From Gammaproteobacteria bacterium (GTDB taxonomy: Bacteria > Pseudomonadota > Gammaproteobacteria > CBDBNL01 > JAAOII01): 64,000 nucleotides of DNA. Under the pieces are notes generated by a model. The model saw nothing but the letters and a program-made list of their open reading frames with translations. It did not search any database and was not told where the DNA came from. The position numbers were made by a program, and so were the translations under genes. The stretch lies in the NCBI GenBank assembly GCA_965209035.1, contig OZ242372.1, positions 160,001 through 224,000 on the forward strand. Reading direction: 5' to 3'. Of the stretch, positions 57,114 through 64,000 are shown one piece after another (position 1 is the stretch's first letter; every line of letters starts with the position of its first letter).

Positions 57114-59591
57114 TTAATGAGCGGAAAGCGGTTTTGAAATAAGATCTTCTTTCTTGAGCGTCGGCATATAAGCAAACTTCTTAAGATCAATGCTCGCAGG
57201 TAACTTGGCGAATGCAAGTTCCATTGCCTCGTCAATGGTCTTAATCGGTTTGACGGCTAGTTTGCTAAGAATCTTATCGTCAATTTCTTTTAATTCTCCC
57301 AGATTTTCATAAGGGATGAGCACCTTGCCGATATGGCTGCGTTTGGCGGCCAGTAACTTTTCTTTCAACCCGCCTATTTTCAAGACCTCGCCGCGCAAAG
57401 TAATTTCACCCGTCATCGCGACATCCGCGCGCAATGGCTCGGATACCAGACAAGAAATCAACGCCAAGGAAATGGCAAGGCCCGCACTGGGGCCGTCTTT
57501 CGGTGTTGCCCCTTCCGGTACATGAATATGAAAGTCGTATTTGCGATTAAATTCACCGTCTATTCCGAGTGCCCGGCTGCGACTGCGCACCACGCTGATC
57601 GCCGCTTGAATTGATTCCTGCATGACTTTACCGAGATGCCCTGTCTTAATGATCTGGCCGGATCCGGGCATCACAGCCGCTTCTATGTTCAAAATCTCCC
57701 CGCCCACACTTGTCCAAGCCAGACCGGCCGCTTGTCCTATCTGCCGCCTGGCGGGCAGTTTGGTGTATGCGTACTTTTCCGTCCCCAGATAAGAATCCGT
57801 ATCTTCCGCCGTAATGAGAATCTTTTCTTCGGTCTCTTCTTTGCTGAGCTTCAAAACCACCTTGCGCATAATCTTGGATATCTGCCGCTCCATTTCCCGC
57901 ACCCCCGCTTCGCGCGTATAGGAGGCAACGATTTTTGCCAAAGCCGGACGAGCAAAACGCACCTGTTTCTTTGGCAAGCCGCACAGTTCCAGTTGCTTGG
58001 GAATTAAATGCTTTTGCGCGATGGAAATCTTTTCTATATCCGTATATCCGGGCAAACGAATAATTTCTACCCTGTCCAAAAGTGCCGGCGGAATATCCAA
58101 CGAGTTGGCAGTGCATACAAACAGGACATCCGACAAATCGTAATCCACTTCCAAGTAGTGATCGCTAAATGCCGAATTTTGCTCCGGATCCAATGCCTCC
58201 AGAAGAGCCGCGGCCGGATCGCCGCGAAAATCCATTCCCATTTTATCCACTTCGTCCAAAAGGAACAAGGGGTTGTTAACTTTGACTTTCGCCAATTTTT
58301 GAATGATTTTACCGGGCATGGAGCCGATATAGGTGCGGCGATGACCGCGAATCTCCGCCTCGTCGTGCACCCCTCCCAGCGAAAAACGAACCAGTTTGCG
58401 CCCCGTGGCTGCGGCCATGGCTTGCCCCAAAGAGGTCTTGCCCACTCCCGGCGGTCCCACCAGCAGAATCAACGGTGCCCTGTTTTTTTGCGCGCGTTTA
58501 TATACCGCCAGATATTCCATAATCCGCTCCTTAACTTCTTTAAGACCGTAATGGTGTCTGTTAAGTATTTTTTCCGCACGCAAAATGTTGAGCGGGGATT
58601 TGGTTTTGACATCCCATGGCAGGTCCAATAACCACTCCAAGTAACTGCGCACCACCGTGGCTTCGGCGGACATGGGCGACATAACCTTAAGTTTGCGCAT
58701 TTCGTTATCCGCTTTTGCACGGGCATCCGGTGACATCTTGCTTTTTTTCAACCGAGTCTCCAATTCTTCCAATTCACTTTTCTCGTCGCCGCCGCCGAGT
58801 TCGCGACGAATTGCTTTCACCTGTTCATTAAGATAGTATTCCCTTTGATTTTTGTCAATCTGCTCGCGCACCTTACGGTGAATTTTCTTATCCATGTTTG
58901 CTATTTCTACCTCCGATTTAATGTAGTTCATCAAAACATTAAAGCGTTCTTCCAAATCCGGCGATGTCAGAATTTTTTGTTTGTCTTCCGTGCTCAGCTG
59001 GCAAAAAGAGGCTACCGCGTCTATACATCTTTCCAAACTTTCCAGACCGCGCAGTATGTTGTTGATCTCGCGTCCTTTTTCACACTCCGACAGGTCGATG
59101 TCGGCATCGTCGCGCCGCCTGTTGTTGATCTCGTGTCCTTTTTCACGCACATCAAACATCTTCTTCACTTCTTTAAAAAGACGCTGACGCATGCCCGCCG
59201 CAAGATGGGGAGACATCTTTTTGGTTGGTAAGATTTCGTAATCACACATATAACCCGAGGATGTTTCCCGCATTGCATTAATGTGCACTCTGCGTTCTCC
59301 TTCCACCAAAATCTTGATTGTGTCGTCCGGCAATCGTTTCGCCGAAACAATCATCGCCAAGGTGCCGACAGGGTAAATGTCTTCAAAAGTTGGATTCTCT
59401 GTTTCACCGTCCTTTTGCGAGGTCAAAATAACACGGTTTCCCTGATCGTGCGCGTAAACCAACGAAAGCAAGGATGACCGTCTGCCGATATAAAGTTGTG
59501 TTGCCAAAGAAGGATATATCACCGCTCCCCGCAAAGGGATCAAAGAAAGTTTCTTCGGGTCGTTTTGTTTTGTTTTATTTTCCGGTTCCAT
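57114..59591 (-). CDS. lon: ATP-dependent Lon protease
   Basis: [23 protein letters not shown] and PKDGPSAG motifs. Confidence 0.98.
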   Translation of the reverse strand: MEPENKTKQNDPKKLSLIPLRGAVIYPSLATQLYIGRRSSLLSLVYAHDQGNRVILTSQKDGETENPTFEDIYPVGTLAMIVSAKRLPDDTIKILVEGERRVHINAMRETSSGYMCDYEILPTKKMSPHLAAGMRQRLFKEVKKMFDVREKGHEINNRRRDDADIDLSECEKGREINNILRGLESLERCIDAVASFCQLSTEDKQKILTSPDLEERFNVLMNYIKSEVEIANMDKKIHRKVREQIDKNQREYYLNEQVKAIRRELGGGDEKSELEELETRLKKSKMSPDARAKADNEMRKLKVMSPMSAEATVVRSYLEWLLDLPWDVKTKSPLNILRAEKILNRHHYGLKEVKERIMEYLAVYKRAQKNRAPLILLVGPPGVGKTSLGQAMAAATGRKLVRFSLGGVHDEAEIRGHRRTYIGSMPGKIIQKLAKVKVNNPLFLLDEVDKMGMDFRGDPAAALLEALDPEQNSAFSDHYLEVDYDLSDVLFVCTANSLDIPPALLDRVEIIRLPGYTDIEKISIAQKHLIPKQLELCGLPKKQVRFARPALAKIVASYTREAGVREMERQISKIMRKVVLKLSKEETEEKILITAEDTDSYLGTEKYAYTKLPARRQIGQAAGLAWTSVGGEILNIEAAVMPGSGQIIKTGHLGKVMQESIQAAISVVRSRSRALGIDGEFNRKYDFHIHVPEGATPKDGPSAGLAISLALISCLVSEPLRADVAMTGEITLRGEVLKIGGLKEKLLAAKRSHIGKVLIPYENLGELKEIDDKILSKLAVKPIKTIDEAMELAFAKLPASIDLKKFAYMPTLKKEDLISKPLSAH

Positions 59592-60903
59592 TTGATTTTT
59601 TTCTTTTTAATTCCGTCATTCTGTTTGCGGCCTGCGTTCTGACCACGACCGGTTCCTTCCCTTGCTCCACCATTTCTCGCGTCACAATAATTTTACTCAC
59701 CTTATCCGAAGCGGACGGGACATTAAACATCGTATCCAACATCGCCATGTCCAACACAGAACGCAGCCCTCTTGCCCCTGTTTTCCGTTGTTGCGCCTTC
59801 TCGGCAATCGCCAAAAGAGCGTCTTCGCGAAACTCAAGTTCCACATCATCCAGGGCAAAAAGTTTTCGGTATTGTTTCACCAAGGCGTTCTTGGGACGCA
59901 CCAAAATGTTAATCAACGCCTCGCGATTTAACTCTTCCAATGCCACAGTTAACGGCATTCGGCCGACAAATTCCGGAATCAAACCGTAGCGAATCAGATC
60001 TTCCGGCTCCACCTGTTCCAATAATTTGTATTGTTCGTTTCCTTCCGCACCTTCCCGGCCGCTCACCTGGGCGGCAAACCCCATACCGCTTTTTTCCGTC
60101 CGTTGCTCAATAATTTTTGTCAAGCCCTCAAACGCACCGCCACAAATAAACAGAATCTGACTTGTATCCACATGCAAAAATTCTTGATTCGGATGCTTGC
60201 GCCCTCCTTGTGGCGGAATCGCCGCAAGAGTTCCTTCTATTAACTTCAACAATGCCTGCTGCACACCTTCGCCGGACACATCGCGCGTAATGGAAACATT
60301 CTCCGACTTACGGGCTACCTTGTCTATTTCGTCTATGTAAATGATTCCGTGTTTTGCTTTGGAAACATCGTAATTGCATTTCAACAACAATCGCTGAATG
60401 ATGTTTTCCACATCTTCGCCCACATAACCCGCTTCGGTAAGAGTGGTCGCATCCGCAATCGCAAAGGGTATATCCAAAATATTTGCCAGGGTCTCGGCAA
60501 GAAGTGTTTTTCCGCTGCCGGTCGGACCGAGCAACAGAACATTGCTCTTTCCCAATTCAACATCTCGGTCCAATTCCGAAGCATCGTAGCCGGAGTAAAT
60601 CTTTTTATAGTGACTGTAAACTGCCACGGACAAAATACGCTTGGCTTTTTCTTGCCCGATAACATGTTCATCCAACAGGGCTTTAATTTCCGCCGGCTTG
60701 GGCAGTTTTTGCATGCGGGTAACGGCTTGTTTCTCGCGTCTCGCATTCAGAGCCCCGACGGCGGACTGAAGGCAGTCTTCACAAATGTTACTGTCGTTAC
60801 CGCTCACAATGATCGCCTGTCCCGACGCCTTCCGGCAAAAAGAACACCTTTTGATTTCGGGTTCTTTAATAGTTTTATTACCGCCTTGCTTTTTGCTTGC
60901 CAT
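59575..60903 (-). CDS. clpX: ATP-dependent Clp protease ATP-binding subunit
   Basis: CSFC..C..C zinc finger, [26 protein letters not shown] and RKHP motifs. Confidence 0.98.
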   Translation of the reverse strand: MASKKQGGNKTIKEPEIKRCSFCRKASGQAIIVSGNDSNICEDCLQSAVGALNARREKQAVTRMQKLPKPAEIKALLDEHVIGQEKAKRILSVAVYSHYKKIYSGYDASELDRDVELGKSNVLLLGPTGSGKTLLAETLANILDIPFAIADATTLTEAGYVGEDVENIIQRLLLKCNYDVSKAKHGIIYIDEIDKVARKSENVSITRDVSGEGVQQALLKLIEGTLAAIPPQGGRKHPNQEFLHVDTSQILFICGGAFEGLTKIIEQRTEKSGMGFAAQVSGREGAEGNEQYKLLEQVEPEDLIRYGLIPEFVGRMPLTVALEELNREALINILVRPKNALVKQYRKLFALDDVELEFREDALLAIAEKAQQRKTGARGLRSVLDMAMLDTMFNVPSASDKVSKIIVTREMVEQGKEPVVVRTQAANRMTELKRKKSNGTGK

Positions 60904-60970
60904 AACTACAATTTATAAACATATTATACTTTTTCAACAAAAATCTCATTCTCCAACGCAATATAAAAAT

Positions 60971-61660
60971 TTAATCCTTATTGCTGTCCGGAGCCATTTG
61001 TCGTTTTGTCAAAATCTTATCTACCAGATGGTATTTTTGAGCATCTTCGGCATCCATAAAGTGATCGCGCTCGGTATCTTTGGCAACAACAGCGGGGCGT
61101 TTGCCCGTATGAAGCGCCAAAATCTTATTCAGCCTTTCCTTAATTCGCTGAATTTCACGCGCATGGATTTCCACATCCGTGGCCGGACCGTGAAATCCTC
61201 CCAAAGGCTGATGAATCATCACCCTGGAATTGGGTAAACAGAACCTCTTGCCCGCAGCCCCGCTTGCCAAAAGAAGAGCACCCATGCTTGCCGCCTGACC
61301 GACACAAAGGGTACTGACATCCGGGTTAATGAACTGCATCGTATCGTAAACCGACATGCCCGCGGTGACGGAACCTCCCGGCGAGTTAATGTACAAATGA
61401 ATGTCTTTGTTCGGGTTCTCCGCCTCCAAAAACAACAACTGGGCAATAATCAGGTTTGCCAAATGATCTTCCAGGGGACCCACAAGAAAGACAATTCTGT
61501 CCTTAAGAAGACGGGAATAGATGTCATACGCGCGTTCTCCCCGCGCCAGATGCTCAATGACTATCGGCACCAACGCGGCTTCGGCCGGATGCTCGCTTTG
61601 GCTCCGATTCCCGGCAAGGTATGCGGAAGATTTCATTTTGGGATTAAGACAATTCGGCAT
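60971..61660 (-). CDS. clpP: Clp protease proteolytic subunit
   Basis: [26 protein letters not shown] and MIHQP; start may be at 61636. Confidence 0.97.
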   Translation of the reverse strand: MPNCLNPKMKSSAYLAGNRSQSEHPAEAALVPIVIEHLARGERAYDIYSRLLKDRIVFLVGPLEDHLANLIIAQLLFLEAENPNKDIHLYINSPGGSVTAGMSVYDTMQFINPDVSTLCVGQAASMGALLLASGAAGKRFCLPNSRVMIHQPLGGFHGPATDVEIHAREIQRIKERLNKILALHTGKRPAVVAKDTERDHFMDAEDAQKYHLVDKILTKRQMAPDSNKD

Positions 61661-63002
61661 TTAAGCGCATCAACTCCGGATACGACACTTCCTTTTCCAC
61701 AACCTTGACAGTATCCTTATATTTTATAATCGCCATATTTTCCAAAAGAATCGCTTCCACTTGCCGATACAGTTCCGGATTGTCCGTGTATTCCTTTTCC
61801 GCCTTGGCGGGATCCTCATGAGATTGCGCCAGGACTCCGATGTACTTTTTCACTTCTTCGGCCGCCGGTTCAATGGAATGGCGATGGGCAAATTCGGCAA
61901 GCAGCATTCCGCCCTTAAGTTGGCGTTCGGTTCTCTCTTCAAACAGTTTCATCGGGAACTCGTTTTCGCTCGGCGGGGTTTTGGCACCGGTTGTCTCCAT
62001 CCAATAATCCATACTCCGCTTTCGCATACGCTCGGCTTCGCGCTTTAATCGCAACGGCGGCACCTTAAAATCTTTGTGTGCCTCAATCAGACTATCGTAA
62101 ACCTTGTGTTTTTGAATACGAGTCAAAGTTTGAACCATTTTCATTTCCATGCTCCCTCGCATCAATTGACGGAAGTCCGCTTCTTTGCCGGTCTCCACAC
62201 CCAGGATCTTATAAAATTCTTCGTTGAGTTCCGGTAACACGCGCTTCTGCAACTTCTTCAATGTAACATTAAAAATAGCCGGAACTTCCTTGAGCTCCTT
62301 TCCTTTAATGTCTTGAGGGTCTTGCGGATCTGCCGGAATCCGTATATTATCTCGGATCTCCCTGCTATCGCCGATGATCATGCCGCTAATTCCCGCCACA
62401 AATGCCGCACTCGGATAATCCTTGTCCATTTCTACTTTTATCTCGGATGGGCGGGCATCAGTTTGCGGGTGACCTATCACTTGCAGTTTGCAATCAAGAA
62501 CCGCCACATGTCCCTTGCCCGCGGGTGCCCCCACAATTAAAATATCCTCATAGGTAGCTGACCGTTGCCGCAAGGATTCTATCATAGTATTTAGATCATC
62601 TTCGGTAATCTTCGACTTCACCAGTTGCAATTCTATCGCATCCGTTATATTCAATTGAGTTTCCGCAAAAACCTCGTATTCCGTCTCAAAAATAAAATCC
62701 TTGCCACTTTCCAACTGCACGGATTTCATAGAATGCACCTCGGAAAGTTTTATTTTCCGCTCTCCCGTCAATTTAAGAAATGCCGATTGCATCAATTCCT
62801 CGCCCGCTAAATTCAATAATCGCGTCCCGTATTTTTGGCGAATGATGCCCGGCGGTATCTTGCCGGGGCGAAACCCGTCTATCTTGACGGTCCTTGCCAA
62901 TTTAAGCGTCTCGGTTTCCAAGGCATCGCTAAGTTTTTCCGCCGGCAAGGTGATGCGCACCTTGTGCAAGGATCCGTCTTCATTCAAATGTTGTATTTGC
63001 AT
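61644..63002 (-). CDS. tig: Trigger factor
   Basis: [10 protein letters not shown] ribosome-binding motif and tig-clpP-clpX-lon synteny; FKBP domain divergent. Confidence 0.93.
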   Translation of the reverse strand: MQIQHLNEDGSLHKVRITLPAEKLSDALETETLKLARTVKIDGFRPGKIPPGIIRQKYGTRLLNLAGEELMQSAFLKLTGERKIKLSEVHSMKSVQLESGKDFIFETEYEVFAETQLNITDAIELQLVKSKITEDDLNTMIESLRQRSATYEDILIVGAPAGKGHVAVLDCKLQVIGHPQTDARPSEIKVEMDKDYPSAAFVAGISGMIIGDSREIRDNIRIPADPQDPQDIKGKELKEVPAIFNVTLKKLQKRVLPELNEEFYKILGVETGKEADFRQLMRGSMEMKMVQTLTRIQKHKVYDSLIEAHKDFKVPPLRLKREAERMRKRSMDYWMETTGAKTPPSENEFPMKLFEERTERQLKGGMLLAEFAHRHSIEPAAEEVKKYIGVLAQSHEDPAKAEKEYTDNPELYRQVEAILLENMAIIKYKDTVKVVEKEVSYPELMRLNAELS

Positions 63003-63101
63003 ATGCCTCTGTCAGAAATAAGCTATAAAAAAGAAAAGTCTATAAAAAGAAAAATAATGTTATCCGTTCGGCATTAAAGAAAGAAAGCAAGCAAGCAAAA
63101 T

Positions 63102-63186
63102 TGGTGCGAAAGGAGAGACTCGAACTCTCACATCTTTCGATACAGGATCCTAAATCCTGCGCGTCTACCAATTCCGCCACTTTCGC
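63102..63186 (-). tRNA. tRNA-Leu (anticodon TAG)
   Basis: GCGAAAGTGGCGGAATTGGTAGACGCG-CAGGA TT TAG GA TCCTG-variable arm-GAGAGTTCGAGTCTCTC-CTTTCGC-ACCA, 85 nt, upstream of tig. Confidence 0.97.
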
Positions 63187-63249
63187 TTCAAACTGCCCGC
63201 CTGTTGTGTTTATTATAACAAATGGCAATGAGGGGATGAGGAGAGCAAC

Positions 63250-63963
63250 TTAAGAATTGGGGTCCCGGTCTGCAAACTTTTTCCAGGCGGTGTTCAACTT
63301 GGCGGAATTAAAGCCCGGGGTGAGTGCCGCATCTATCACGATCCTCTCCGATAGGACAACTTCGCGAATGCCTTCAAGAATATTTGGCAGCAGGATCTTC
63401 TCTATAACAACCGCGCCGTGTCTGTCCGCATGAACAACATCGCCGCTCCGGACACGCATCCCCATGATATCCGTCTCGCCGCCCACTTCTTTGACATGCA
63501 CATGCGCGTGCGACACGCCGACATTGGAGCCGATCAAGGGAAAGCCGGGGGCCATAGTATCGAGATCTCGTATCAGACCGCTGGTCAGCACACCGCGCAA
63601 CCCCAATCCTTTGTGAACCGCCACATTAACCTCACCAAAAAAACAAGCAATCGCGCTGGGCCAATCGGTATCCTCTATGACAACGACCGACGGGGACGGC
63701 TCCTCCGTCAGATAATTATGATATCTTTCGCGTATCTTCCAAGCCTCCCGGTTGGAAAGTTTGGGCGGTTCGCGACCGGCAATTTTTGCCGTCTTGGCAA
63801 AACCGACCATGGGCGGCAACCGAGGATCCGCACAATAAACGGGGTGCTCGGTGAAGCCGTCACCTTGGCGCCCGCCTTTTACAATCTCAATCGCATTACA
63901 AACAGTGGGAGTATCGTATTTTTGTAAGGCCTCAAACAAGGCGGTGGCTTCCGAAATATTCAT
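63250..63963 (-). CDS. RraA-family protein (HMG/CHA aldolase-like)
   Basis: DTPTVCNAIE, FFGEVN, TSGLIRD and GDVVHADRHGAVVI motifs. Confidence 0.82.
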   Translation of the reverse strand: MNISEATALFEALQKYDTPTVCNAIEIVKGGRQGDGFTEHPVYCADPRLPPMVGFAKTAKIAGREPPKLSNREAWKIRERYHNYLTEEPSPSVVVIEDTDWPSAIACFFGEVNVAVHKGLGLRGVLTSGLIRDLDTMAPGFPLIGSNVGVSHAHVHVKEVGGETDIMGMRVRSGDVVHADRHGAVVIEKILLPNILEGIREVVLSERIVIDAALTPGFNSAKLNTAWKKFADRDPNS

Positions 63964-64000
63964 TTCGTTACTATTTTACAACAGGATACTTTGATCGACA

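Noticed and set aside
63102-63186. tRNA-Leu as the integration site for the island
   Set aside because: I noticed no duplicated tRNA 3' end or integrase, and the tRNA is in its usual position upstream of tig.

Overview
This is a bacterial chromosomal window, probably from a gammaproteobacterium (hflD-purB, sdhE-ygfX, tig-clpP-clpX-lon, yadGH). A host-associated lifestyle is an inference from the eukaryote-like adhesin domains. Housekeeping blocks are rpmB-rpmG-carAB, yadGH-trpF-cinA-like-tsaD-nadB-MFS-cobB, and trhO-trmB through sdhE-purB-hflD-lon-clpX-clpP-tig-tRNA-Leu. They surround a ~30 kb minus-strand island (21.5-51.2 kb) with three repeats of a two-gene cassette: a ~550-aa predicted outer-membrane beta-barrel followed by a giant predicted lipoprotein. 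The lipoproteins share a ~550-600-aa N-terminus and carry swappable C-terminal modules (GLUG-type repeats, integrin-like FG-GAP repeats, a ~1600-aa insert) joined at thrombospondin type-3 (TSP3)-like repeats. A fourth, 2491-aa lipoprotein heads the island, and a related 722-aa lipoprotein sits between direct repeats that copy the carB 3' end. The paralogs are patchwork mosaics. The junctions hold remnants: a spare barrel C-terminus, a 21-codon mini-ORF coupled to a barrel start, a dnaE 3' fragment and a pseudogene of the coiled-coil family seen at the window start. The best candidate for an undescribed system is this barrel-plus-cargo surface display locus, apparently diversified by recombination. 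No CRISPR array, integrase, transposase or reverse transcriptase was recognised.
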